DNA of 61,364 nt, the filler included, from Sphacelaria rigidula (lineage: Eukaryota), in the NCBI GenBank assembly GCA_964200075.2. It is 5 parts of 5 records of this genome, joined end to end, with 100 filler letters (N's around TTAATTAATTAA, not from the genome) between each part and the next. Parts side by side here need not be neighbours in the genome. Positions count along the whole stretch, not along the records: positions 1 to 12,194 come from CAXNAA020004020.1; positions 12,295 to 24,488 come from CAXNAA020004021.1; 3 more parts are not named here. One strand, written 5' to 3'. Positions 1 through 13,838 of this stretch are shown here, piece by piece (the first letter of the stretch is position 1; each line of letters starts with the position of its first letter). The notes beneath the pieces were generated by a model. That model made no database searches. It was not told the origin of the DNA and worked only from the letters and a program-made list of their open reading frames with translations. A program made the translations under genes and the position numbers.

Positions 1-1494
1 CCCGGCGCCCCCCCCCCCCCTGAAAAGGGAGGTGTGGCGAACGTAAAAAACCAAAAACAAGAAAAAAAAATACACCCCCCCCCCCCCCCCCCCCTGTGTT
101 TCGAGGGTCGGCCAGTCTACATGGGCCCTTGTGCAGCCAACCGTTCCAACACCGTGCGGTGAATAATGGCCCCTGTAAAGTACAATTGACGTTTGGGGAT
201 GGTTGTCTTGGTATTTGCGAATTTGGTCATGTTTAGTAAAGCTCTATAGAAAAGAGTCTTGTGCCCGATGCAATTCTTCCTGTTGTGGACAGCAAAAGCT
301 CGCGGTGAGCAGTGCGCTCGAAGTCCTCTGGGCGCAGTGTCCACGTAGCACACTCGTGTTGCATGGCTGCCACCATCTCCGCTTCGAGCCACGGAAGCTT
401 GAGCGATAGCTGGGCATTGGGTCGGTTGTAGAATTGAGAGATTTACCTTCAGAAGACCTCTCGACAGCGCTTGTGCGGCGCGTACTTTCAGAGGAGATAT
501 TCGCGTTTTCGCTGCTTGCACCAAGAGAAGTTTTGCCTCGACATGCAGTGTGGTCTCTGAGGAGCGGGATACGGGAGCCGCGTTGGTGTTCGGGAGAACC
601 CACCTTCACATCCTCGAAGACCTTGTGAGGTCTGCCCGGTACAACTTCTGGGAGCGCATAACGAGCATGTGTCACGAGGGAAGGGCTTTTGATGACCAAT
701 CTATCCCCATGTTTTACGTTTTTCCCCTTAACCCTTACGGCGGGAGAGCGGAAGGCGGTGCATCTCGCGGCAACTAAGCCAGTCCGACCCTACCGACGCG
801 TTTCCCTCTCCCGCTGAAATCATGATCCATCCCTTGATACTTTGAAAAATCCACGTCATCATCACCAGTCCGGGTCTGTCCAGTGAGCAATGGTGATACG
901 TACTTTGCAGGTCGCTACTGTAAGCTCCTTGATTTCGGATCTAGCTCCGGCCACAGTGCACTTTGGAGGCCTTGCTTCGTCCCCAGTCTTGCTTCCACTC
1001 TTCCATACGAGCAGGTTTTCATCGTTCCGATTTTTTCCTTGGCTACCTTTTTAGGTGTATGATTGGTGACAGCAATCCTGAAATGGCATGATAGCATGGG
1101 CATACTTCGCATTCTCGGACGTGTTTCGCATCCGTGTTGATCATCTCCCCGTTCCCTTTCAAAATGTTCCACGTTTAGGACGAGTCATCACGGGTACGAA
1201 ATACCATATCCACGATTTCTCCGGCCTGATTGCCCAAAAGGGAGAAAAAAGTTGACCGCTGGGCCAAGGGGTATCCACGCGACTTTTGCGCCATTCCACT
1301 TATCTGGGCTGCGTGAATCTGGGTTGCAAGGCTGAAAACAAAGTCTAGGGATTGATTCGTGCGATTCGAATCAATCACACTAAAACCAAGTAATTTCTAG
1401 GCGAATCGTTGACTCATCCGACCCTTGAAGTGTTCAGTGCGTTCGTCCTTCCTCTTTTTCCCTTGTTTCTCCTTTCGCTTTGTTTCTGCTTCAG

Positions 1495-4400
1495 ATGTCG
1501 CGTCGTTTGTGTATGTAGCGGCCGGGATATCTGGAGCCATCGTGATGGTGGTTAGGATGCGACGGGTTAGGCGTCAGCTGAATGAGTTCAGGCTGATGAC
1601 GGTGAGAGTTTTAGCAGAAACGAAAGCCACAACTAGAAGTTCAATAATCTTCAAATATTACCTCAGCCCTGCACTGACTACACGAAGAATATGGGATAAA
1701 TGGCAAGGAAGCATTCGTCCATTAAACTCAAGTCACTCGCGGCGCTATGGACACGGTGATGATCTGACACGAAATGACCACGGCTCTTAGTGCTCGAAGG
1801 GTCAACAAGCATAACTCAGTCATTGGTATGGACGACGTGTGCTCGAACATCTTAGCATTGCTCAGTAGCTTGCAGATACATGGTTCCCGGTATTAGCCCT
1901 TCAAAGATGGGAGCTTGATCGATGGAACGGTTGTCTCACACCCCACCTGTCATCACCTGATCAGCTGCGGATCCAACCCTGACCATTTGACAGATGTACT
2001 AGAGGTGAACAAAACGGATATAGCTCATCACTGGGCAAGCACTCGAATAAAAGATGTTCGAAAAAATAAACAGCAATGGAAAGCAGAAGAGCTCGGAACG
2101 ATTGAATATTTGTGAAGGGGGAGTTAGTTTCAGGCAGTTCTATTTCAGCGTTAATGATGACGGCAGGACGCTTTCCTGCGGTGGCAGCACGCTGTTCAGT
2201 TCCCCGTGAGATAACCAGCCAAGAGTACGATGGTCTCAACACTTATCAACAAAGATGTAAGGGTTATGCCCTGGACATCACGGTTTACGCTGCTTTTTTA
2301 TTCCCGAGAATCCACAGAGGCATGAGTTCCACACTAAATTCATCATGTGGAAGCCATCATGTGGGGTTCACCCGCCAGGTAATCAGTCATTTCTCCAATC
2401 CTTTATGTTACCACTTGGCTCGGGAGGCGGAAGATTTGCAGACTTGTTGGCGTTCGGATTGGAGTCGCTGCTTCCCGCGGCATGCCCTCCGCTTCTTGTT
2501 CTTTTTCTCAAGGACTGACTGACCTTGTGTGTCTTCGCAGGCATGCATCTGGCTTTTCTTTCAACGTGGTTCGTGCCTTTTCATCTGGTCCAGATGTGTC
2601 CACCGCCCCAGAGCGTGGGCTTGAATTTCAAGCTTCTCCGCTTTTCCGGTCCTGTTGGTGCTGGTGTTGCTGTCGCTGTATGTTTTCGACCAGCGTCTGG
2701 TTTTGTGTGCTTCCTGAGCCTTTCCGTCCTCCCTCAGTATTGCCTCCCTCCCCTCCCCCAGATGACCATAATCTTTGCGCTTTCCCTTCTTCTCGCTCGT
2801 TCGTTTTGGCACTGCTGTGGTACAGACTTCGTTGGCGTTTCTCTTGATTTGGTCGCTGTACCTTCTTCCTGTGGGGGAGTGGATGTGGCAGGCGTACCCT
2901 GCTATTCCCCGAAGATTGGTCATGGTCGACAACTTCGTGGTGAGATCCCGAACTATCTTCCTCTTGTCTATTACGTTGGTATCTTCCTCTGATATACATA
3001 TACATATATGTATATATATATATGTATGTATTGCACTTCTTTTTCAATCGATGCAGTTGTTCTTTCATATTTCGCTTCTGTATTGATAACCCATCTGCTG
3101 CATTTGGCGCCCTGGGATTACGTGAGACGGTTACACATTTGTAACCTTCATGCGCTGTGAATTATCTGCAAACACACTGCAGCGTACAAGAGGCACACAT
3201 GTTGTTTGCGTTTGTGGATGTTTTGTTGTTTGCGAGCTATACGGTAAAGCACAGGCTGGGGATCCCCACTCGATGATACGTGAATGAAATCGCCGCAACG
3301 TACACCTTAGTGGGAAAACACAGGGGCAGTATGAGTAGCCCCTTTTCAAGGTGGGCTGTCGTGTTGTCAGTCGCCCAGAATCTCGACTTCTTGAACTTTG
3401 AGAATACTGCGGTGCTTCAATCGACATGCGTTCGACTTCTTCATTAAAGATACTTTTTGCTACTATGAGATCGTTTTCTCCATCGAGGGTATAAACATCA
3501 TTCGCTGCATTGAAGGTGAATGGGGCATGAGCCAGCCCTAGGCTTTGGTGCTCAAGTCGGGGCGGTTCGTGTTCACCTCACCGATTTCAATTCTGGCGAT
3601 GAGCAATTATTGGATGGTCCTGGAAAATAGGGTTGAGTTTTCAAATGGGGCCGAACACAACCGTCAGAAAATTCACATTTCCCCCATGACAGTTTTGCAA
3701 AAACAATCAACTATGGGTTCTATTTGCGTGCTGACACTTCCCCTAGCTTGCCGTGTTGCGCATTGTTGCTCCGGTTCCTAAAGCCAGATGTACCTTCTTT
3801 CGTACGCTCGAAATAAATGGCTCTCACCAGGTGAGAGGAGGAGCTTTCGTCGGCTTCCTTCGTGCGTCATCAGAAACGTTTTGCCGTTTTTTTCGCACGT
3901 CTCTCCGAGTGATCAAATAAGGAATGGTTTCATGAGAAATAAAGTGCCAACGTTGGTGTTTCGGCAAATAAACTACATTACTGGAAACGTTGAACGGGTT
4001 TAGAAATGGGAAATATCACTCGTGAGAAACTCCCTGCCCATTCCGAATTTTCCTTGGACTCGAAAAAAACTCCGACACCGTGTTCTCCAAAGTAAGGGGA
4101 TTCAATCAAAGTGGCTTCCCTCATCTGTTGAAGGCAGTTTCGAATTTACGAAAGGAGATGGATACATATGGTTTTTTACAGCGGAGCAACAATTCCCCAA
4201 AAGGCAAGCTAGCGAAGTTTTAACAGGAAAATTAAATCCTCAGTTGTCATTTGCAAAACTGCTCCGACGAAAATGTTTCTTTTTCGGAAGGTGGGTTCAG
4301 CCCCATTATAATGTTCAACCCTATTTTTCAGGATCCTTTTTTAATACTAGGCGAAAGTCGTGACCAGTCCATGCGGTGCGTGTGCTCACCTAAACAAATG

Positions 4401-7400
4401 TCACATACAAGGTGTCGCGGATGGCGTGTTTTACTCAACCAGAAAGGATCAGCACACCTGAACGCATATAACTTGAATCGCAGACACGGTAGGGGTGCAC
4501 AAATATTTTCCGAGATTGAAATTATTAGAAGCTCTCTATCTCATTCAATATACGACCTCTGGAAATATGTGACAGTATACGCCAGGATAACTATTTCAAT
4601 GTGCTGGGGAGATCCCGAATGGATATGGGAACGGGGATGCCCTGACCCATATTCTTGTGCATCTAGAATCGTTAGGAGCCCCTGAACCGGACAAGATTTC
4701 GCGTAAAGCGTGCACCCCTACCGTAGCATTGCTCACCCGCGAATCTGTCGTCCCTGTGCTGTTCTCCTCAGAGTACCGTGGTGCTGTTCTGGTGTCCGAT
4801 AGCTGTTCCGTTCGTGCGATACTTGCAGAAGGACGAGGAGTATGTTTCCCAGGTACGTGACGTATAACGCTGGTAGCCCAGTTTCAGTACGGTACCCCTC
4901 CTCCATTTTCAAGCAGATTTCATCAGATTTCGTCGTCGACGCCGGTGTCATACACCCAAAACTCAGTTCGGCCCATGTATGTACCCGGCCCCGTAGTCAT
5001 GGTGCCGACTATTCCGCTGGAATCCGCAGGCACAACCTCCATTGGTTGGTCGATTGACTTCATGGTTGATTGAGTAATTGCCGCCGCTACCTGATCCACA
5101 AGTCCATCCGTGGTCAAATGGTACACGTACCGAAGGGTGAAGCTTCATAAAGAGAAACACCCTCTCGGAGGGAACTCGAGTAAACGAGAGAACTCGAGAA
5201 GGAAGGAGAGATAACACAGACAGATGGAACGAAGATGTGACAAAGGACACCAGCCTGGGAACGGGTACCCATCCCGGGTTAGCCGCGACAGGCCCCTGCG
5301 AGGGCCCCAAGTGCGGGCGCTGAACACACGCAAGGTCATGAAAGTAGGTTGCGGCTGACCGAATGCCGTCTACCATGAAACTCCGGATTTGAAGGTGGAA
5401 ACTATTCGAGACATTGTTAATGCCTGAGTCCGAACTGAAACTCGTACGTGAAACGCAACAACACGTGCTCCGGAATCGAGTGCTTGGGCTAGCTGCGTTC
5501 GCGCTGATATTTGTTCGACCTACAAGGCGCGTCAAAAGTGTACCCCCCCGCCCCCACTGCGTCGAGGGTCCTTGGTTCATGGGGTGTGCGCTCAGCCGTG
5601 CCCACGAGATAGACACACCCAAGTGCATCACGTGGGAAAGAGCTCCCAGGAGAACCCCTGTCTCATATGATGAGCGATGTCGCGTAGCACAAGCGAACAC
5701 ATTGCACGAAGGTACTACATCACTGTAGTTTCGCGCAATGTGCCGCCAGTCTGTTCCCTCGTGATATGATGGCCGTAACTCTTACATTCGCATTCTCAAA
5801 ATTACAACCGGACCAGTCACACCCGGATTGGGCAGGCCACCGGGGAGGTTGTTTTTACTCTGGAGGATCCCGTCTGTGCCGATGTTTACTTCCCGTCTTC
5901 CCTCATCTGCTGGTTTTGGTGTGCTGTGCCATCGGTCCGTGACCTTCTCTTCTGTTTTGTTCTTTTTTTCATCCGCCGAGTGTTCCTAGTCGTTCGTCGT
6001 GGGTGCATCTACGCTGTAAATGGGTACGCATTGGAATCATGTCACAGCGGCACATTTGGGCTCTTCAGATGTTCTCGTCGAGAGGTTCCTAAAGTTCCGT
6101 AGCCAATCGACGTGCTGATCATGGCGTGCTCTCACGAATATCATGAGTCGTTTCGGTGTGATGAGAGCCCCTAACACTTCGAACCCAAGGAGTATTTGGT
6201 GCACGTGTACCTGGACACCACTCGAAGGGTCAGTTGATATACGACAAGGAGTCAATCAGCTGACAAACCGACAAAACAGTCATCACTTCAACTCCTCCTT
6301 CCCCCCATGGCGCGCAACAGTTCACGTTTGGGTTCTCCCGTCTTCCAACGCCGGCTCAAATGCGGGCCTCGCTTGCGGACCAGCTCGGAGTCGACCACTT
6401 GAGGAAAAAATTCCGAAAGTATGCAGCGGGGAGAGTTGCTCCAGAGCTACCCGATTTCTACAAGGTATGTCGTGTTCATTTCCTCTGTCAGCATGCAGTA
6501 TGTTTCGAGAGTATTCGTCCCAAAAAGTAATGCTTATGTTCACTTTTTGAAGGTTCTTAGGGACTGCCTGCCGGGCTCTTGATCCACGCGGCTGTCTCCA
6601 TCTTGGCCACGTGGTTTCAGACCGGTATGCTCTCAGTGACATTTACTCTTTCATGCCTTTTAGTGTTGTAGGTTTCGAGGCGGAAGAAGGCCATTCGAGG
6701 TAGTACATGGCAAGCGCCAGTGAAACGGTTTCATATGATCTTGCTGGAAAACTGTTTTTGCACACAAAGTCTTGATAGCCTGGTAGTCAAGGTGCAGGTA
6801 CTGACTACACGTACGCGTGGCTTGGCGTTGATCGGTTTGGTTTGGTTTGACCGATTGTCGCACATGATTTGCGCCACCAGGAACCCAGCCGCGACCACGA
6901 AATGATGTAGACATACCCAAGTAGAGCAGGAACGCTCGCTGAAAGAACCTCGAAGAAAGGGAAGTGAAAAAGGAACCAAGGCACATGGAACGGCGTAAGG
7001 TGAAGGAAACGACACGCGTTATGCTTCCCCAGCATGGCTTCCGTTGAGTTGATCAATTAGTTTCTGTTGCGCATGAGTTTGTTGTTTTTGTGTGGGGGGT
7101 GCTTGAAGGGGGATTGCCGTTGAAAACCCAGCGTGCTGGTTTTCTTTATTCTAGTACGCCCATTGATTGCTGGATATGTTATTATTTCCTCGTGTTTCAT
7201 GTGTTCGTTTTGGTACGGAAATGCAATATCCAGGCGTGCATGGACAGGGAACAAGTGGAGGGATACTTCGCTCGCCAGGCCATGTCCATGGCGATCATCG
7301 ACCGTTTCATTGTCGAGGGAGCAAAGCATGAGATCAACATATCGGAACAGTGCAGGCGAACAGTATTGGAATCCGATATAACAAGGTGTGTATAGTGCGT

Positions 7401-10400
7401 ATTTTTTACACATATACCAAGCAGGACGCCGACAGAATGCAGCAAGGGTATCGTATATAGATATGTTATGCCATTATTTACGTTACCGGATGGAAGGCTG
7501 TCCAGTGAAGATGGATATAAATATCGATTACAACTGAGATGTTGGTTTCCGTCATTTTTGCTGAGACCACACGATTTTGCTTTTTCTCTTGATACAAGCT
7601 CCGTGAAAAACGGGCGCAAATGAGCGAAATGGTTGTTCGCACAGCTGCATAATTCTGGATCAAAAGAAACCCCAACCTCAGAGTTGAACTTGTTCACGTC
7701 CACTTTTCGTAGGGGTCACGCTTGTTCTAACCGCAATAATTCGCCGGTTCTGGTTCCCCCAGAACGAGGCTTGTCTCGGTCACTACTGAGGTGTATTTGA
7801 TTGTTGATAATTGTTGATTTCCACGGTCGATGTGCTGACCAGTTCCGCCAAGAAGTGTCGCAGGCACAAACACGTTTGGTTTATGGTAGCCACACACTGG
7901 TGAATACGCTGTGGAAAAATGGCTTGTGTAATGTCTCTCACTGTCGTCCCACTGCACTCGGAGTTTGGCGTTTCCTTTACGTTATGACACTGTGAATTTA
8001 ATCCATCACCTGTGGTATACACGCATGGCCCACGCCACGTGTCCCGGTGAACAGCTGGAAACAAGTGTGTACGCAATGAGTGCAGTTTCAGACGGCGACT
8101 GAAGTGATATCGGTTTGTATTTCTTTCGGAACATGATTCTGTTGCGTTGGACACGTCATCTACTCGTCAAATGCGAATATAAACAACGTATCTTGTAGTC
8201 GCACTTGTACTCATCACGGAGATGATGGAAGGAATGTCAACCACTTCTCACATGACCTTCCTGTCTTCTTGAACGGCATCCCTGAGGTCGACGCAGCCCA
8301 CTCGCACCCCAAATACAAGCCCAATCACAACGCATGCTGCCCCGGGCCGCATCAAATACGAAACTCGCCGCTGAGTGTATCAGGTACAATCTTTTCGACG
8401 AAGCTATCGCCGAAGTGCTGGATATTATGGAGGTCAACTTCAAGGCTGATTTCGAGCGCACCAGGGAGTACCAGAGGCTGAACAGAGCAGTTGAGAGGGA
8501 GGCAAAGGAGCTCGCGGTACTAAGACAGGTGTGCTATGACAACAATAATATCCTGATAGTATTTATTTTATTTCCATTGAATTTGCCAACCTTTTTGTCG
8601 ACAAGTGTCCAACGTATCCAAATTGAATATTCCGGAACAGTTTATCTGGCCCGTACGTCACCAGATCTTCCGGGGAGTAATACCTCCAACTGGCTTCCAA
8701 CGCTGGTCAACCCCGTGTCTTCGGGTGAGCTGCTCAACAAGTTACAGCATCATTATAGTATTATTTCCGCACATTAGTCCGATCTCTTGAACCCGTACGG
8801 CATACGCGCCGCGTACATGCGTTGGTCCACAACCTTTGACCCATGGATATGTTTTCTACGTTTTTTCAGTTATCGATATGTAGCATTTGTTTCCCGAGGC
8901 GTTCAATTAGTTGTCCGAGATGCCGGAACAGCTTGTCTCCGTACCGCTCTCTGAATAGTTGCTACTTGTAAAAATGTCGTGGTCGAGAGTTTTTTTTTTC
9001 AAGATTTCCCACGTGAAATATCACCACCGTTTGATCTCAGCTACTATTTGAAAATGACGTTTGGGCTAAGTAATGTGTCACCAATATCCGGCGGGTCACT
9101 TATGAAGAGCTCTAGGAGAGCGCGATCAAAGTGCGCGCCTCAAGATGGAACGCTTTGACATCTTCACACACTACGTGTTCTACTCTGCCTTTTGCTTCTA
9201 GACTTTTTTCCTGATTTTCGTCGTGCGGAAATATGAACAAGAGTTCAAGAGGTGATCCGATTGAATTGGACGAGCTGGAGAAGCGCCGAGCCATTTCTCG
9301 CCCATATAGTACAAGGATGGCGTATGTACTAGGATAAAAAAACAGGATACAAGCTACGGCAAGGTACTCGTCCCGGGGCGCTGCGGGATTGGGGAACAGG
9401 GAGGGGCAAGGGTCAATAGTACGATAAAAAGCATGAAAAGGACGTAGGGGGGCTCACTTCCCGTATATGCTGAGAACAGAAGATGAAGCATCCAATTGCG
9501 TACTGCTAAATCAGCAAAGCTCCACAGACAACAGACGCGAGACAGGTGAACACCCAAATCTCGGAGAACTGATGGCCGCCCGAGAAGTGATGATAGTAAC
9601 AACCTTTATTTCAACAATTGATACGAGTCTGGCTTGAACGTTTGCGGGAGAATTTGCCACGCAATATCACTAATGATTCTTGTGTGCGGTGTGAGTCAGC
9701 CCACGGAGCTTTTGCACGATCATGTCTCATCGTGGCCCCCCAAAAGGCTTGCACTAAACATTTATCGATGTCGCAAACGCAGTTCCTGCATACCATACCC
9801 TCTTCGCCCTCAGGCGAAACTCGTGGCGGAGCCCAAGCCGAGAGGAGAAGCCGGGCCGCAGTCATGCGGACCTCAAAGAAATCGGCTTGTGCCCACCCCT
9901 TGCGGCGGCAGCGTGGCTCGAGGATTTCCCGCCAGCGACAGTCAGGTGCCTGCATACGTGGTGGTATTGTACAGCGGCGACGGTAGTTCGGTGCTCCGGA
10001 AAGAGGACGGGTGCGGTCGTGCGGTCGTGGTGGAGTACATGTTGTTCCTGATGCTAACGCAGTTTCATCGCTACGTCCGCTGCTTTGTTACTTTTAATAG
10101 GCGAACGGCGGTACGTAGCTGCATCTACTTGGACATTTCCGTGCTCTTCGCGAGTATATATATATACATATATTGTATGCATGTATGTATGTATGTATGT
10201 ATGTATGTATGTATGTATGTATGTATGTATATTCCTGTTTATTCTTGGCGCACGTCGATATTCCTCGTCAACAAAACTGCGAGCTCGGCGTTGCCGCGGC
10301 GGGAGGAACGCCACGCAAGTTAAACTTGATGCATTCCGTATCGTTTTGTCTAGTGCAGAGCTTCGCTTGTGATGTCATTTCTCGCTTTAGATTTGTGCAA

Positions 10401-11769
10401 GCTTTCTTATAGAGCAGGTGAAAATAACGAGTAAATTATATCACCAAATATCTGTTGCGCACAAAACTACGCCTCTGAAGACCGACGACACATTGTAATG
10501 GCAGAAGCGATCAATTACCACACGCTTGTGGCATGGAAACATGTATCTTGTCTCACATTCTTCGTGTATTTTTCGTTTCTTTGTAGAGTAGCTTACGGAG
10601 TACATTATCCGGGGGTAACACGAAACCCCACGCCTGTGTTCTTCACATACGTGTATACGCAAGGCCTCATCGCCACCATCAGATCCCGTCCATCGCAAGA
10701 TCTCGGCAAGAGATATTTTCCGAACGGCGGTGTGGCCACAAAATTGAGTTTTTGGATGTGTCATCGCACCGAACGATAACTCTCGATGATGGTCTACGAG
10801 GTCGCGCTAGAAGATAAAACTAGCCCAAAATGTTTTTTGAGGGGGAAGTCAGTATGATCTTGTGTCATGTGTATGTGGCGTACTTGTTGATGTCCCCGTG
10901 CCAATATGGAAGGCTAACTACACCTACCATCAAGTTATTTTTCTTTTTTCTGTATTGCGAGGCATGTACAATTTCCCTTATGCTGGACCAGTGCCTTCTA
11001 CGCTCTTTTTCGTAAGAGTTTGAGCTCTAATATGTCAAGAGACTTGCCACTTCGATTTGTATTTGTATTCGATTTTATGCTGTGACGAACGGTGAACAAA
11101 AGAGATATCGATGGCATCTCGAGAAAATTCTCGAATGTATTACCGACGCTCCTCCTTTGTGTAGTACGTTTCATCCACATTGCCGTCACTGTGGCTATTC
11201 TGGTCTGTATTGCAGTTGCTTTATTGCGCTTCTTGATGTTTCGTAGCATTTATTTTTCTAATATGCGTTTTTTCTCATACTCACTCTTCGTCGACCGCTT
11301 TTCCTGCTGCGTTTCGTTTGACGTTGTGCAGCAGAGACCTGCTACTGTGCCGACATCAACAGCTGCCAAGATATTCTGGACACTGTCCTCCCGTTCCAAA
11401 TACCGCCGCGCAGTTAACGGCTTCAACAGCGGCGGCATCAGCGACTCTGCCGACAGTAATAGAACCGCCACAACCTCGGGCAGCAGCACCGACAATAACA
11501 GCAGTAACACCAACGACGAGGACGGCAGGATCAACAACCGCCGGGGTCGTCGTGCCCGAAGCGGTGGGGGCGGCAGATTTTTCCGCAAACGATCGACCGC
11601 CTCCCCGAGTAGTACCAGCCAGCGAGTCGGTGTGTCTACAACTTCTACCTCCGGTGTATCCTGCTGCAGCAATAGCGGCAGTGAGGACGGCGGCGACAGC
11701 GGGTGCGGTGAGGGTGTCAATGGCTTCGCTGCCGCACCTGATAACATCGGCAGTACAATCGCATTTGCC

Positions 11770-11818
<49 letters not shown>

Positions 11819-11967
11819 TACCAGGGAGTTCATGTGACGGTGGTGGCAGCGATGAAAGTGGTGGGGAAAGTGGTGTAGGGAGCGCAGCGATAGCCACGAC
11901 TCAGGCGAGCTGGAGATTTAGGATTCCCCGAGTACCGGTCCCCAGGTTTCTTGCATTTGTGGCTTGA
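1495..11967 (+). CDS. 7TM-RGS (transmembrane regulator of G-protein signalling), 5'-partial, 8 exons
   Basis: Exons 1495-1601, 2826-2939, 4772-4852, 6321-6464, 7234-7385, 8384-8528, 9814-9945 and 11332(or 11335)-11967, all AG/GT bounded and phase-compatible. The joined translation gives three hydrophobic helices (VASFVYVAAGISGAIVMVV; TSLAFLLIWSLYLLPV; LVMVDNFVSTVVLFWCPIAVPFV) followed by an RGS box (LRKKFRKYAAGRVAPELPDFYK...MAIIDRFIVEGAKHEINISEQCRRTVL...YNLFDEAIAEVLDIMEVNFKADF) resembling Arabidopsis RGS1, then a low-complexity tail. Upstream exons were not found on this contig. The last two exons are less certain than the RGS-box exons. Confidence 0.88.
10176..10230. repeat. (TATG)n microsatellite in RGS intron
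   Basis: Direct reading. Confidence 0.95.
11771..11815 (+). repeat. (GCT)n trinucleotide repeat encoding poly-Ala in the RGS terminal exon
   Basis: Direct reading; in frame with ORF 11092..11967. Confidence 0.9.
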
Positions 11968-12194
11968 GTCTATTGCCGTGCTCTGGGAAGTTCAATTCCA
12001 GGGTACAAAAACATGTTGATCATTATCCTGATGTGTTCATGCCCTTCTTCATGACGGACATCGATGAGATGGCGTCGACAAAAGAGTGTCCTTCATATCA
12101 CAAACAAATTCTGGTAATATTATGCCCATTTCCCTTCCCTCTTGCCCTCCGTGCCCCCCCCCCGCCCCCCCCCCCCCGCCCCCCCCGCCCCCCC

Positions 12195-12294
12195 NNNNNN
12201 NNNNNNNNNNNNNNNNNNNNNNNNNNNNNNNNNNNNNNTTAATTAATTAANNNNNNNNNNNNNNNNNNNNNNNNNNNNNNNNNNNNNNNNNNNN
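12195..12294. other. Artificial contig spacer (N-run with TTAATTAATTAA); identical spacers at 24489-24588, 36783-36882 and 49074-49173
   Basis: 100-nt N blocks carrying an all-frame stop linker; the flanking contigs have near-identical, descending lengths. Confidence 0.97.
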
Positions 12295-12718
12295 TAAAAA
12301 ACGTTCCGATATCTGCGCAGTACTCTGTACTGCGCATCTGATGCAGACGCCTTCCGTGGTCACAGGCTGACTACCCCAAGCTAGGGTGAAAGAAAAAAAT
12401 CATGGAATAAATCGGACCCAGAAACAATTCACACAGACGCAATACAGAAAAAATAAAAAACAAATAAAATAAAGTCACTGGGAAAAACTGAAAAAAGAGG
12501 AATTAAAAAGGACTGCTGACTACTGCTAGCCCTCTAAGTTCCGATGTCATGTGCGACCATTCGGGCCACTGGAGGCAGGGCCCATTGGCCCACTCAACAC
12601 GCGAAGCCAAGCAGGAAGGAAGCCAAACTCGAGAGCCACGATCGCAGGGTTCTAACGTTGTGCCTCTAGAGGGACAGCTATGGGTACGAATATACCACAG
12701 GCACCGTAGATAAGGTAG

Positions 12719-13838
12719 GGCGCGACCTATTTGCAGGTGGGGTATGCAAATAAGAGCGTACAGGTCGCGAACGCGTCCAGAACCAATCCCACGACAAACC
12801 CAGTTTCAAATGCTGATGAGCACACGAAACAACAGGCGTACGCCACAGTAATAGCGCACAGCAGGGCTGTAACACCGATCATATTTCTTTTGTTGTACTG
12901 TAGAGCAGGATGCTGTAAACGCAGGCGGCGATGAATTATTTGCTTTAAACTACCGGGAATCGTGAAATCATTTGGGGGGGGGGGGGCACTTCTTCAGGGC
13001 TATTTCTTGAAGAATAAAAATATGTTGATAGTTGATGGTTGCTGCGGCATGGACAACATGGTATTAGCTGGGTGTTCAAGTGTAATCCTGTCATGAGAGT
13101 GTGCATCGCGTAATGAAGACCTTTCACACCCGCCGCAGCCCATGCGCCGGAACACAGTGCATCCGGGCAGATAACGACATTTGGATGCTTTGAGTACTCT
13201 ACACGGCCGTATACCCGCAGGTAGGGAAACTTGTGAAATCACACCATCATCGTACTACAAGTACCGTTGTCTGCTGTCTGCTGTGCGGACTGTACACTAT
13301 GTAGAGCGGACAACAGACAACAGCAGTACTACTGTACAGAGCCTATACTGCTCCGAACAGTTGACAAGTGATGCGATACAGGACCAATCCCGCTACTCGT
13401 GCCGCCACTTGGATAGCCTGCACAGTACACAGACACAGTGTACAGAGAGCGTGGTGTCTTGTACAACAGCAGTGCAACAGCGGCATGATATGGCGGTATT
13501 CTCGATGGCAAGCAGTTTATGCATACTGTATACAGTCCGTGTTGTTAGAGCATCCATACAATCAAGCATGCGCGGTGCTCGGCTGACGAAGAACACAAGA
13601 CGATTGTTTGCTCATCAAGATCGACCAGAGAGTTTATCGCCACAGGCGTGTGGTCTTCTGCTCTACGACAATATGCTTTTTTTACTGCCCTGCCGTGGAC
13701 TGCTGTGAAGTGCGCCTGACCATTGTTTCGTGTTTGCAACATTTCGATTTGAAATTGGGTTTATCGTGGGTTGGTTTTGGAGGCGTTGGTGACCTGTACG
13801 CTCTTATTTGCATACCCCACCTGCAAATAGGTCGCGCC
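12719..13838. mobile_element. Non-autonomous Mutator-like (MULE) TIR element
   Basis: ~120-bp TIRs (GGCGCGACCTATTTGCAGGTGGGGTATGCAAATAAGAGCGTACAGGTC... and its reverse complement ending 13838). Flanks ATAAGGTAG (12710-12718) and ATAAGGTAT (13839-13847) form a 9-bp TSD with one mismatch. Confidence 0.75.

Noticed and set aside
3747-3830. AG/GT-bounded 84-nt open segment in an RGS intron
   Set aside because: It would interrupt the last TM helix formed by exons 2826-2939 and 4772-4852, and shows no family resemblance.
4923-5126. Minus-strand FWVYDTG as a Copia protease motif
   Set aside because: It is an isolated short match with no other pol motifs nearby, and lies in an RGS intron.
6672-6797. 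Candidate RGS exon KRFHMILLENCFCTQSLDSLV
   Set aside because: The resemblance is superficial; exon 6321-6464 supplies this part of the RGS box with better motifs and joins directly in phase to 7234.
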